64,000 nt of DNA, from assembly GCA_050742015.1 (NCBI GenBank), contig JBOGEV010000014.1, positions 18,015 to 82,014 on the forward strand. The letters run 5' to 3'. Positions 1-9,067 of the stretch are shown piece after piece (the first letter of the stretch is position 1; the number at the start of each line of letters is the position of its first letter). This DNA comes from Acidimicrobiia bacterium (lineage in GTDB: Bacteria > Actinomycetota > Acidimicrobiia > Spongiisociales > ZC4RG35). The notes under the pieces were generated by a model. It was given only the letters and a program-made list of their open reading frames with translations. It was not told where the DNA came from and ran no database searches. A program made the translations under genes and the position numbers.

Positions 1-218
1 TCCGTATCGACGGCGGCCAGGCGGGGGAGTGGGTCACCGTCGAGTACACCGGCGTCTACGGCCCCGACATGGAGGGAAGGGTTGTTGTCGAGGGCCAAAG
101 TCGGCCGGCACGATGATCCGGCCGACCGGCGTCTGTTTGGCCCGAGGTATGAGGGTGCGATGAGCTGTTTTGCCGGGCTACTGAGGGTGGCCGTGGGCCA
201 AAGTCGGCCGGCAAGATC

Positions 219-1457
219 ATGATCGTCGAGGTCATTGCTGTCGGGACTGAGCTTTTGCTTGGCCAGATCGTGAACTCGAACACATCGACGATGGGCGTTG
301 CCCTCGCCGAACGCGGGTTCGATGCCCACTACCAGCAGACCGTGGGCGACAACCTGGGTCGCATCGCTTCTGCGATCAGGGTGGCCCTCGATCGATCCGA
401 TGCTGTGGTGATCACCGGCGGGATCGGTCCCACTCAGGACGACATCACCCGGGAAGCGGTGTGTGCCGTCACCGGCCTGGAGATGGTTTTCAACGAGGAG
501 TACGCCTCGCACCTCCGGGAGTGGTGGGCGCGGCGGGGCCGAGACATGCCTGCGAGCAATCTCCGTCAGGCGCACCACCCGGCCGGAGCGGAGCTTCTCC
601 CCAACCCGCGGGGTACGGCGCCGGGTCTCGTCGTCGAGCACGAGGGCAAGCTGATCTTCTGTGTCCCGGGGGTGCCGGCCGAGATGGAGCACCTGATGTT
701 CGCCGAGGTCCTACCCAGGCTCTCCGCGGCGTCGGACGACGAGCAGGTCATCGCCAGTCGACTGATTCGGACCTGGGGTCGTCCCGAGTCGGAGGTGGCG
801 GAGACCCTCGACGACCTGTACACCGGGTCGGTCAACCCGTCCCTGGCCTTTCTGGCTTCCAACTCCGAGATCAAGATCAGGATCACGGCCAAGGCGGCCA
901 GCGCACCCGAGGCACGTCGCCTGATGGAGCCGATGGAGCAAGAGGTGAGATCGCGTCTCGGCGACAACGTCTTCGGCTCCGACGAGGAGACCATCGAACG
1001 CGTCCTGTTGAGTCTGCTCGCCGACCGTGGGTACACCATCGGCACCGCCGAGTCGATGACCGGGGGAATGGTGACCGCACGGCTCACGGACCTTCCCGGC
1101 TCCTCGGCAGTGGTCAAAGGTGGCCTGGTCGCCTACGACTCCGAGCTGAAGCAAAAGCTGCTCGGTGTGGCCGATGTCACCGAGGTGGTCACGGTGGAGA
1201 CCGCGGTTGCGGTGGCCCAGGGCGCCCGGGCCCTGCTCGGCGTCGATGTGGCGGTCTCCATCACCGGCTCGGCAGGGCCGGAGCCGCTGGAGAAGCCGGT
1301 GGGGACGGTGATCATCGGCGTCGCCACTCCGGACGATGCCCGGGCCCGCGAGCTCCTATTCACCGGTGACCGGGAGCGGATACGCACCTATGGCACGGCG
1401 GCCGCGCTGCAGTTGACCCGTCTCGCCCTCATCGGCAAATGGTGGAAGGTCCAGTAG
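219..1457 (+). CDS. cinA: competence/damage-inducible protein CinA (N-terminal MoaB/MogA-like domain plus C-terminal PncC-like nicotinamide-nucleotide amidohydrolase domain)
   Basis: 412-aa ORF. The N-terminus MIVEVIAVGTELLLGQIVNSNTSTMG is typical of CinA and the C-terminal half is the CinA/PncC domain. It sits immediately upstream of recA, as in many Gram-positives. Confidence 0.85.
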   Translation: MIVEVIAVGTELLLGQIVNSNTSTMGVALAERGFDAHYQQTVGDNLGRIASAIRVALDRSDAVVITGGIGPTQDDITREAVCAVTGLEMVFNEEYASHLREWWARRGRDMPASNLRQAHHPAGAELLPNPRGTAPGLVVEHEGKLIFCVPGVPAEMEHLMFAEVLPRLSAASDDEQVIASRLIRTWGRPESEVAETLDDLYTGSVNPSLAFLASNSEIKIRITAKAASAPEARRLMEPMEQEVRSRLGDNVFGSDEETIERVLLSLLADRGYTIGTAESMTGGMVTARLTDLPGSSAVVKGGLVAYDSELKQKLLGVADVTEVVTVETAVAVAQGARALLGVDVAVSITGSAGPEPLEKPVGTVIIGVATPDDARARELLFTGDRERIRTYGTAAALQLTRLALIGKWWKVQ

Positions 1458-2002
1458 CCAGGATCTTCGTCGCCGTCCCGCTGCCCGACGAGGTGCGGAT
1501 GGCGCTGACGGATGGTCTCGACGGCGTCCAGCTCCCGGGAAGAGTGATCCCGGCTGAGAACTGGCACATCACTCTTCGCTTCCTGGGACGAACCGACGAG
1601 GTCGCCTACGACCGGCTCCTGGGAGCCATGGATGGCTCCGACCTCGGGTCGACCTTCGATCTCGGGTTGGGGGAGCTGGGTGCCTTCCCTCGTGCCCGGA
1701 ACGCCACCGTGCTCTGGCTGGCGGTGACCAATGGCGGGGAGCGGCTCGACGATCTGGCCGCGGAGGTCGAGGAGGCGTCGCAGACGGCCGGGTTCCCTCC
1801 CGAGGACCGCCCTTTCCGCCCTCACCTCACCCTGAGCCGGATCAGACCGGCGGAAGACGTGAACGCCCTCATCGATGGCTTCTCCGGTGTCGGGACCGTG
1901 TGGCGTTGCCGGTCGGTCGTGGTGTACCGCTCTCACTCCGGTCGGGGCGGGGCCAGATACGAGGCCCTTGAAACCTTTCCCCTGACCGGTAAATCACCAT
2001 GA
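1439..2002 (+). CDS. thpR: RNA 2',3'-cyclic phosphodiesterase (LigT/ThpR 2H-phosphoesterase)
   Basis: 187-aa ORF with two H-x-T/S-x motifs (HITLRF and HLTLSR) separated by ~80 residues. It overlaps the cinA end by 19 nt. Confidence 0.75.
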   Translation: MVEGPVARIFVAVPLPDEVRMALTDGLDGVQLPGRVIPAENWHITLRFLGRTDEVAYDRLLGAMDGSDLGSTFDLGLGELGAFPRARNATVLWLAVTNGGERLDDLAAEVEEASQTAGFPPEDRPFRPHLTLSRIRPAEDVNALIDGFSGVGTVWRCRSVVVYRSHSGRGGARYEALETFPLTGKSP

Positions 2003-2016
2003 CGAACACCTGTTCG
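2003..2016. promoter_or_regulatory. LexA operator (actinobacterial Cheo-type SOS box CGAAC-N4-GTTCG) upstream of recA
   Basis: Perfect palindrome cgaacACCTgttcg lies ~100 nt upstream of the recA start. A TGTC...(N8)...TACGTT element at 2047-2068 weakly resembles the RecA-NDp/PafBC promoter type. Confidence 0.8.
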
Positions 2017-2116
2017 GTCTAGTATCGAATGACTCAGGACCGTTTCTGTCCCAGCCGGCAGATACGTTGACCGTCAGAGGACCCGTGCAATGGGATTAGA
2101 GGAGAAGGAGTCGAAA

Positions 2117-3172
2117 ATGGAACGAGACAAAGCTCTGGACATGGCGGTCAGCCAGATCGAGCGTCAGTTCGGCAAGGGAGCCATCATGAAGATGGGTGAG
2201 GCGGCCAACCGCAAGGTGGAGGTGATCTCCACCGGCGCCCTCTCCCTCGATCTGGCACTAGGGATTGGTGGCGTCCCCAGGGGCCGGATCGTCGAGCTCT
2301 ACGGGCCGGAGAGCTCGGGCAAGACCAGTCTCGCCCTCCACATCGTGGCCGAGGCCCAGCGCAATGGTGGCATCGCCGCCTTCATCGACGCCGAGCATGC
2401 CCTCGACCCGGTCTACGCCAAGGCAATCGGGGTCGACGTCGACGAGCTGCTCATCTCCCAGCCCGACACCGGGGAACAGGCTCTCGAGATCGCCGACATG
2501 CTGATCCGCTCCGGCGCTCTCGACGTGCTGGTCATCGACTCGGTTGCGGCCCTGGTGCCCCGGGCCGAGATCGAAGGCGAGATGGGCGACTCCCATGTCG
2601 GTCTCCAAGCCCGGCTCATGTCCCAGGCGCTGCGCAAGCTGGCCGGGAACCTGAACAAGTCGAGGACCACCGCCGTCTTCATCAACCAGCTCCGGGAAAA
2701 GATAGGTGTGATGTACGGTTCACCTGAGGTCACCCCTGGCGGGCGGGCGCTCAAGTTCTACTCCTCGGTCCGGCTCGACATCCGTCGCATCGAGACCATC
2801 AAGGACGGCACCGACAGCGTGGGCAACCGGGTCAAGGTCAAGGTGGCCAAGAACAAGATGGCCCCACCGTTCCGGCTCGCCGAGTTCGACATCATGTTTG
2901 GCCAGGGGATCTCCCGGGAGGGCAGTCTCCTCGATGTAGCCGTCGACCACGGTGTGGTCAAGAAGAGTGGCGCCTGGTTCACCTTCGACGAAGACCAGTT
3001 GGGCCAGGGCCGGGAGAATGCCAAGCGTTTCCTGCGGGAGAACCCGGAGGTGGCGATGCAGCTCCAGGCGAAGGTCTACGAGTTGGTCATGCCCACCGAG
3101 TCCCCAGAGACCGAACCCGCCGACGAAGAGGTGACCGCCGGTGGGGACGAGGGGAGCAGTGCCGAGGGGTAG
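2117..3172 (+). CDS. recA: recombinase RecA
   Basis: The ORF contains [20 protein letters not shown] and the Walker [13 protein letters not shown]. The preferred start is ATG 2117, preceded by RBS GAGGAGAAGGAG. The ORF track extends to 2090. Confidence 0.95.
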   Translation: MERDKALDMAVSQIERQFGKGAIMKMGEAANRKVEVISTGALSLDLALGIGGVPRGRIVELYGPESSGKTSLALHIVAEAQRNGGIAAFIDAEHALDPVYAKAIGVDVDELLISQPDTGEQALEIADMLIRSGALDVLVIDSVAALVPRAEIEGEMGDSHVGLQARLMSQALRKLAGNLNKSRTTAVFINQLREKIGVMYGSPEVTPGGRALKFYSSVRLDIRRIETIKDGTDSVGNRVKVKVAKNKMAPPFRLAEFDIMFGQGISREGSLLDVAVDHGVVKKSGAWFTFDEDQLGQGRENAKRFLRENPEVAMQLQAKVYELVMPTESPETEPADEEVTAGGDEGSSAEG

Positions 3173-3387
3173 ATGTTCTCCTTTCGCGATCCGCGTGTAG
3201 CATCGGTCGTTCACACGAACACAACTTTGAACTGCAACCGGGAAGAAGACGTGAACAGAAGGAGCCAACGAAACCACGGGTGACCTACCCGTCTCGTTGA
3301 CCAGCTTCGTTTCGTGTGCCGGGCCCTGAGCTCTCGACAGAGCGGGTCCGGCACATTTCTGTCTCCGGCCCGGGGGAAGGGACCGCG

Positions 3388-4929
3388 ATGGAAAACACCG
3401 TGGTGATCGGACTTACCGTCCTGGGAGTCGTCCTCGGTCTCGGCTTCGGCTACCTCCTGGCGCGCCTCGCCATAGCGCGACGACGAGAGCGGGATGTGGT
3501 GTCCGCAGAGGACATGGTCACTTCCGCCCGGCTCGATGCCCAACGCATCCTGTCAAAGGCAGAGGAGGAAGGACGGGCCAAGGCGGAGACGTATCGGGAG
3601 CGCGAGGAGGCCAACCTGGCCCATCGGAGGCTCGAACTCGCCAATCTGGAGTCGAGGCTTGGCCAGCGTGAGGAGACCCTCGACCAACGTGCCTCGAACC
3701 TCGCCCACCGGGAAACGATGCTGATCGATCGGGAGGACGAGCTCAATCAGACCCGGGGCGATCTGGAGCGTCTCAAGGAGGAGGCGCGCTTTCGTCTCGA
3801 GCAGATGGCGGGGATCGATGTGACAGCCGCCAAGACCGAGATGCTGGCCCAAGTCGAAGACGAGGCCCGGCGCGAGGCGATGATCGTGGTTCGCGACCTG
3901 GAGATCAAAGCCCGTGAGGAAGCCGACCGAAGAGCGCGACGCATCCTGGCGACAGCCATCCAACGGCTGTCCGCCGAGGTCGTCACCGAGACGACGGTCT
4001 CGGTGATCCAACTCCCGTCCGACGATATGAAGGGTCGGATCATCGGCCGTGAAGGCCGTAACATCCGCCATCTGGAGTCGGTCACTGGGACCAGCCTCAT
4101 CGTCGATGACACCCCCGAAGCCGTGTCGGTGTCCTCGTTCGACCCCGTCCGCCGGGAGGTTGCCCGGATCACCTTGGAGAAGCTGATTGCCGACGGACGG
4201 ATCCACCCGGCGTCGATCGAGGAGGCCTACGCCAAGGCGCGAGATGAGGTGGAACAGAGCATCCGTGATGCCGGGGAATGGGCCTTGGTCGAGGCCGGTG
4301 TCTCCCGCATGCACTCGGAGATCGTGACTCTGATGGGGCGGCTCAAGTACCGGACCTCATACGGCCAAAACGTCTTGAACCACCTGGTGGAGACGGCGCA
4401 CATCGCATCGATGCTCGCTTCGGAGCTGGGCATCGACCCGGCACCGGTGAAACGGGCCGCGCTCCTCCACGACCTGGGCAAGGCGGTCACCCACGAGGTG
4501 GAAGGGTCGCACGCTCTCATCGGAGCCGAGATCGCCCGTCGCTTCGACGAGGACCCGGCGGTGGTCCACGGGATCGAAGCCCATCACAACGAGGTCGAGC
4601 CGAGAACGGTCCTGGCCGTCATCGTGCAGGCTGCCGATGCGGTGTCGGCCGCCCGGCCCGGCGCCAGGAGGGAGACCCTCGAAGGGTACGTGAAGCGCCT
4701 GGAGCGTCTGGAGACCCTGGCGATGGAGTTCCCGGGCGTGGACCATGTCTTTGCCCTCCAGGCCGGCCGGGAGGTCAGAGTGGTCGTCGATCCGGGTGAC
4801 GTGTCGGACCTGGACGCCCGAGAGCTCTCCCGGCGGATCGCCCGTAAACTCGAAGAGGACCTCCAGTACCCGGGTCAGATCCAAGTGACGGTGATCCGGG
4901 AGTTTCGGGCAACCGACTACGCACGCTGA
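3388..4929 (+). CDS. rny: ribonuclease Y (N-terminal TM helix, KH and HD domains)
   Basis: N-terminal membrane anchor ENTVVIGLTVLGVVLGLGFGYLLA is followed by a coiled-coil region, a KH motif (IIGREGRNIRHLE) and an HD domain (HLVETAHIASMLA...LLHDLGK). Start is ATG 3388 after a G-rich RBS. The ORF track begins at 3316. Confidence 0.9.
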   Translation: MENTVVIGLTVLGVVLGLGFGYLLARLAIARRRERDVVSAEDMVTSARLDAQRILSKAEEEGRAKAETYREREEANLAHRRLELANLESRLGQREETLDQRASNLAHRETMLIDREDELNQTRGDLERLKEEARFRLEQMAGIDVTAAKTEMLAQVEDEARREAMIVVRDLEIKAREEADRRARRILATAIQRLSAEVVTETTVSVIQLPSDDMKGRIIGREGRNIRHLESVTGTSLIVDDTPEAVSVSSFDPVRREVARITLEKLIADGRIHPASIEEAYAKARDEVEQSIRDAGEWALVEAGVSRMHSEIVTLMGRLKYRTSYGQNVLNHLVETAHIASMLASELGIDPAPVKRAALLHDLGKAVTHEVEGSHALIGAEIARRFDEDPAVVHGIEAHHNEVEPRTVLAVIVQAADAVSAARPGARRETLEGYVKRLERLETLAMEFPGVDHVFALQAGREVRVVVDPGDVSDLDARELSRRIARKLEEDLQYPGQIQVTVIREFRATDYAR

Positions 4930-4939
4930 GGCATTCGAC

Positions 4940-6328
4940 ATGACCCAGTCCGTTCTCCTCCCCAACCCGACACTGCGCGAGCCGGCCCGGCGCCGACCGA
5001 CACGGGCAGGTCAGCACTATTTCATCCGGACCTTCGGTTGCCAGATGAACGAGCACGACTCGGAACGGATCGCCGGGTTGTTCGAGATGGACGGGATGTC
5101 CCCTTCGGCGGGTCTCGAAGAGGCCGACGTCGTCTACATCAACACCTGCACCATCCGGGAGAACGCAGATAACCGGATGTACGGGAACCTGGGCCAGCTC
5201 AAGGCGATCAAGGACGTCAACCCGGAGATGTTGCTCGTGGTGGGCGGCTGCGCCGCGCAGAAGGACCGAGATCTGATCCGGGAGCGAGCCCCGTGGGTCG
5301 ACGTTGTGATGGGCACCCACAACCTCGATCGGGTGCTCGACCTCATGGATCACTCCGAGCAATGGGGGCCGATCACCGAAGTGGTAGATGAGCTACAGGC
5401 GATGCCGTCGTCGCTCCCGGTCAAGCGGGAGCTGGAGCACTCGGCATGGGTCACGATCCAGGTGGGGTGCAACAACACATGCACCTTCTGCATCGTGCCC
5501 TCCGTGCGGGGAGTGGAGGTCTCACGTCGCCCCGGGGACATCGTCAGGGAGGTCGAGCGTCTCGCCGGGGAGGGTGTTGTCGAGGTGACCCTTCTCGGGC
5601 AGAACGTGGACACCTACGGGCGGGACCTGGCCCTCGATGGGAAGCGACGCCCGATCTTCGCCGAGCTGCTGCGCCGGGTGGGGGCGGTGGAGGGGATCAG
5701 ACGGGTCAGGTTCACCAGCCCCCATCCCAACGATTTCAGGGAGGACGTGGCTCGGGCCATGACCGAGACCGAGGCGGTGTGCGAGCACCTCCATTTCCCC
5801 CTCCAGTCGGGTAGCGACCGCATGCTGCGGGCGATGCATCGTGGCTACAACCGCAAGAAGTACGCCGAGCGGTTGGCCATGGCCCGTGACGTCATCCCCG
5901 GTCTGGCGGTCTCCACCGACATCATCGTCGGGTTTCCGGGGGAGACCGAGGACGATTTCGCCCAGACTCTCGACGTGGTCGAAGAGGCCAGGTTCGACAG
6001 TGCGTTCATGTTCATCTTCTCCCCGCGACCGGGGACGGCCGCGGCGGGCCTGACGGACCAATTCATCCCCGACGAGGTGATCTCCGAGCGTTTCGCCCGG
6101 CTCGCCGAGCTGCAGAACCGGATCTCGGGCGAGCGCAACCACGAGATCGTCGGCGAGAGAGTGGAAGTCCTGAGCGAGGGACCATCCAGGAAGGATCCTG
6201 ACGTGGCCACGACCCGGACCCGGAGCGGGAAGGTGGTCCACGTCCGCGGTGATCATCCGGCAGGCGCGTTCCTGGACGTTGTGGTCGAGAAGGCACACCA
6301 GCATCATCTGTTGGGGAGTCGGGTCTGA
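4940..6328 (+). CDS. miaB: tRNA-i6A37 methylthiotransferase MiaB (radical SAM)
   Basis: YFIRTFGCQMNEHDSERIAG is the MTTase N-domain. CNNTCTFCIV is the radical-SAM CxxxCxxC motif. A TRAM-like C-terminus follows. Confidence 0.9.
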   Translation: MTQSVLLPNPTLREPARRRPTRAGQHYFIRTFGCQMNEHDSERIAGLFEMDGMSPSAGLEEADVVYINTCTIRENADNRMYGNLGQLKAIKDVNPEMLLVVGGCAAQKDRDLIRERAPWVDVVMGTHNLDRVLDLMDHSEQWGPITEVVDELQAMPSSLPVKRELEHSAWVTIQVGCNNTCTFCIVPSVRGVEVSRRPGDIVREVERLAGEGVVEVTLLGQNVDTYGRDLALDGKRRPIFAELLRRVGAVEGIRRVRFTSPHPNDFREDVARAMTETEAVCEHLHFPLQSGSDRMLRAMHRGYNRKKYAERLAMARDVIPGLAVSTDIIVGFPGETEDDFAQTLDVVEEARFDSAFMFIFSPRPGTAAAGLTDQFIPDEVISERFARLAELQNRISGERNHEIVGERVEVLSEGPSRKDPDVATTRTRSGKVVHVRGDHPAGAFLDVVVEKAHQHHLLGSRV

Positions 6329-6336
6329 CCAGGCTC

Positions 6337-7221
6337 CTGGCCCTGCTCGGGCCTACCGCCTCTGGCAAGACCGAGGTCGCCGTCCGCCTGGCCGAACGGC
6401 TGAGTGGTGAGATCATCTCAGTCGATTCAATGCAGGTCTATCGGGGGATGGACATCGGCACCGCCAAGCCCACGATGCTGGACCGAAGGGGCATCCCTCA
6501 TCACCTGATCGACGTCGCGGAGCCGGAGGACGAATTCTCTGTCGCCCGGTTCCGACATCTCGGGCGGGAGATCCTCAGTGGCACCGAGGCCCCGGTGATG
6601 ATCATCACCGGGGGTTCCGGACTCCACTTCCGCGCGCTGGTCGATCCGATGAGCTTCGCTCCCACCGATCCGGAGATGCGGGCCGAGCTCGAGGGGCGGG
6701 AGAGCGCTGCATTGGTGGAGGAGTTGCTAGCGGTGGACCCGGGTGCCAGGTCCCATATCGACCTGGCCAACCCGCGCCGCGTGTTGCGGGCACTGGAGAT
6801 CTACGAGCTCACCGGGGAAACGCCGACCATCCGAGCGGCGACCGCCCTTGCCGAAGACGTGCGCCGCTACGTGCCGGAGATCGGGTTCGAGGCGGTGGGG
6901 ATCGATCCCGGTTCCAGCCTCGAAGGGCGCATCGAAGCCCGTCTCGCTCGTATGAGGGCAGGTGGTGTGGTCGAGGAGGTGCGATCGCTCGCGTCGAGGC
7001 TGGGCCGGACAGCACGGACTGCTGTGGGGTATCGCGAGATCCTCGGCGCCCTCGCCGGTGAGATCTCGGTGGACGATGCGTTCGACCGGGCCGCCTCGAA
7101 CACCAAGCGGCTGGCTCGCAAGCAACGCACGTGGTTCCAGCGTGATCCCCGGATACGCTGGATACCCTGGATCGACGACCTGGACCTAAGGACCAGCCGG
7201 ATCATGGAGACCATCGATTGA
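6337..7221 (+). CDS. miaA: tRNA dimethylallyltransferase MiaA (start codon uncertain)
   Basis: P-loop LLGPTASGKT is encoded at ~6343-6372, in frame with the 6430..7221 ORF. No ATG, GTG or TTG exists in frame between the stop at 6250 and 6430. The only candidate is CTG at 6337 or 6325. Confidence 0.8.
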   Translation: MALLGPTASGKTEVAVRLAERLSGEIISVDSMQVYRGMDIGTAKPTMLDRRGIPHHLIDVAEPEDEFSVARFRHLGREILSGTEAPVMIITGGSGLHFRALVDPMSFAPTDPEMRAELEGRESAALVEELLAVDPGARSHIDLANPRRVLRALEIYELTGETPTIRAATALAEDVRRYVPEIGFEAVGIDPGSSLEGRIEARLARMRAGGVVEEVRSLASRLGRTARTAVGYREILGALAGEISVDDAFDRAASNTKRLARKQRTWFQRDPRIRWIPWIDDLDLRTSRIMETID

Positions 7222-7967
7222 GCAGGTTCGAGTTCAACAAGATGCAGGGGTTGGGCAACGACTTCATCGTGCTCGACGGGCCCGATAAGCCGTCCGCAGC
7301 CGACGTGGTGCTCCTGTGTGACCGGCGGTTCGGAGTCGGTGCCGACGGGGTGCTCGTGGTGTCGCCGGGTCCCCCGATCGTGATGGACTACTGGAACGCC
7401 GACGGGAGCCCTGCGGAGATGTGTGGCAACGGACTTCGTTGTGTCGCCCGCTACGCATTCGACCGGGGATGGGCGGGCAATGCCGAGTTCCAAATCGACA
7501 CCCCGATCGGGCTGCGGACGGTGCGGGTCGGCGAGGTCGAGGTCGAGGTCGAGGTCGGCCCCACCCTGATCGAGGGTCAGGAAACCATTGAAGGCGAGGT
7601 CTATCGGCTGGTCGACACCGGCAACCCCCACGCGGTGCGAGTTGTGGACGATCCGGGCAGCATCGACCTCGCACTCATCGGGCCGGTCGTGGCCCGGCAG
7701 GCCGGTTTCGACGCAGGGTGCAATGTCGAAGTGATCTCGGTGGACGGTGGCGAGGTGACGATGAGAGTGTGGGAGCGCGGTGTGGGGGAGACCTTGGCCT
7801 GTGGCACCGGCATGGTGGCTGCGGCGGCGATAGCCCTCGAGGGAGCGGATGGCACGATTCAGGTCAACGTCCCCGGTGGCACCGGTCAGGTCGAGTTGAA
7901 GGACCATGTCGCCTGGCTGACCGGACCCGCCCAGTACGTCTTCAGCGGGGAGTTCGATCAGGGGTAG
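7218..7967 (+). CDS. dapF: diaminopimelate epimerase
   Basis: FEFNKMQGLGNDFIVLD matches the DapF N-terminus and both catalytic Cys regions are present. TTG start 7218 overlaps the miaA stop. The ORF contains a (GAGGTC)x4 repeat encoding VEVEVEVEV. Confidence 0.9.
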   Translation: MSRFEFNKMQGLGNDFIVLDGPDKPSAADVVLLCDRRFGVGADGVLVVSPGPPIVMDYWNADGSPAEMCGNGLRCVARYAFDRGWAGNAEFQIDTPIGLRTVRVGEVEVEVEVGPTLIEGQETIEGEVYRLVDTGNPHAVRVVDDPGSIDLALIGPVVARQAGFDAGCNVEVISVDGGEVTMRVWERGVGETLACGTGMVAAAAIALEGADGTIQVNVPGGTGQVELKDHVAWLTGPAQYVFSGEFDQG

Positions 7968-8578
7968 CGGCGGAGCACGCTCACCACCTTGCCCACCAGT
8001 TCCACGCCGTCGGTGAACACCATCGGCTCGTAAGCCGGGTTCTCAGCTTCGAGGATCACCTTGCCCTGGCGGCGACGGAGACGTTTCACCGTCGCCTCCT
8101 CGCCGTCGATCAATGCGGCGACGATCTCACCGTCACGCGCGTCCTGTTGACTGCGAACGGCGACCAGGTCGCCTTCGAAGATCCCGGCATTGATCATGGA
8201 GTCACCTTTGACCTCGAGCAGGAACACCGGGTCCCGACCCACCAGGTCGACGGGGAGGGGCAGGACGTCCTCGATCTGCTCGGCGGCCAGGATCGGGGTG
8301 CCTGCAGCGATACGGCCCAGGACCGGGACGTCACGGATGCGATCGGGGTCCGGTTCGACAACCGCCCGGACGTCCTCGACGATCATTATCGCCCGGGGTT
8401 TGGTTGGGTCCCGCTTGATCGCCCCCGCCTTGACCAGGGCGGAGAGGTGGGAGTGGACGGTCGACGGCGAGGAGAGACCGACTGCCTCCCCGATCTCGCG
8501 CACCGACGGCGGATAACCGCGTTCGGCGACGGTCTTCCGTATGTAGTCCAGTACCTGTTGCTGACGCTCGCTGAGCAC
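7958..8578 (-). CDS. lexA: LexA repressor (SOS regulator, S24 peptidase)
   Basis: N-terminal wHTH LSERQQQVLDYIRKTVAERGYPPSVREIGEAVGLSS is followed by an Ala-Gly cleavage site and the S24 Ser/Lys domain. It starts with GTG. Its 3' end overlaps the dapF end by 10 nt (convergent). Confidence 0.92.
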   Translation of the reverse strand: MLSERQQQVLDYIRKTVAERGYPPSVREIGEAVGLSSPSTVHSHLSALVKAGAIKRDPTKPRAIMIVEDVRAVVEPDPDRIRDVPVLGRIAAGTPILAAEQIEDVLPLPVDLVGRDPVFLLEVKGDSMINAGIFEGDLVAVRSQQDARDGEIVAALIDGEEATVKRLRRRQGKVILEAENPAYEPMVFTDGVELVGKVVSVLRRYP

Positions 8579-8617
8579 GGTGACTCCTTCCGGGGCTCAC
8601 TGGTCGACTCCTGCGGG

Positions 8618-8723
8618 TCAGCCTAGGCGAACAGGAGTTCGAAACCAAACATATGTTCGCTGTGGTCCCGGGAGCCCCCATCGAGCCACTTGACATCGAA
8701 CATCTGTTCGGTAGAGTGGCGAA
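8618..8723. promoter_or_regulatory. Cluster of LexA operators in the divergent lexA / LysM-gene promoter region
   Basis: Strong boxes are cgaacAGGAgttcg (8618-8631), cgaacATCTgttcg (8687-8700) and cgaacGCATgttcg (8710-8723). A weak box is aaacATATgttcg (8637-8649). Confidence 0.8.
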
Positions 8724-8785
8724 CGCATGTTCGATGAAGAACTGCATCCAGCAGCCCGCAAGGGCCCGATCAGGAGGAAGACCAA

Positions 8786-9067
8786 GTGCAGATGGCAAAC
8801 CTTCAGCTGTCCGTCCGGCTGTCCTTGCTTCTCGCAGCCGTCTGCGTGGTCTTCCTCATGATCGGCGGATCGGCAGAAGCCGACAGCCCCACCTCGGAGC
8901 CCATCGAGTACGTAGTCGCCTCAGGTGACACCCTGTGGAGCATTGCCGTCGGCAACTCAGCCCCGGACCAAGACGTGCGACGGTTGGTGGCCGACATTTC
9001 ACGGCTCAGTGGCGTCGACGCCGACTCGATCTTCCCCGGTCAGGTCCTGCTGATCCCGACTGGCTGA
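8786..9067 (+). CDS. small secreted/membrane LysM-domain protein, SOS-regulated, divergent from lexA (Rv2719c/ChiZ-like arrangement)
   Basis: A signal/TM segment is followed by a LysM motif YVVASGDTLWSIAVGN...GQVLLIP. RBS is AGGAGG. Its promoter region carries the LexA boxes. Confidence 0.75.
   Translation: MQMANLQLSVRLSLLLAAVCVVFLMIGGSAEADSPTSEPIEYVVASGDTLWSIAVGNSAPDQDVRRLVADISRLSGVDADSIFPGQVLLIPTG

Noticed and set aside
461-1369. Long antisense or alternative-frame ORFs inside conserved genes, e.g. 461-1369, 3553-4314, 6867-7907, 39340-41157, 47635-49233 and 56676-58427
   Set aside because: They are typical stop-codon-poor off-frames of ~70% GC DNA. Each is nested in a well-supported conserved gene, and their products are Arg/Pro/Gly-rich low-complexity sequences.
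3213-3224. gttcACACgaac as a LexA box downstream of recA
   Set aside because: The half-sites are in inverted order (GTTC-N4-GAAC rather than GAAC-N4-GTTC), so it does not match the Cheo operator. It is mentioned only as context in the rny-leader finding.
8653-8928. 91-aa ORF spanning the lexA/LysM operator region
   Set aside because: It overlaps the LexA boxes and the start of the well-supported LysM gene in another frame and has no RBS. It is an artefact.
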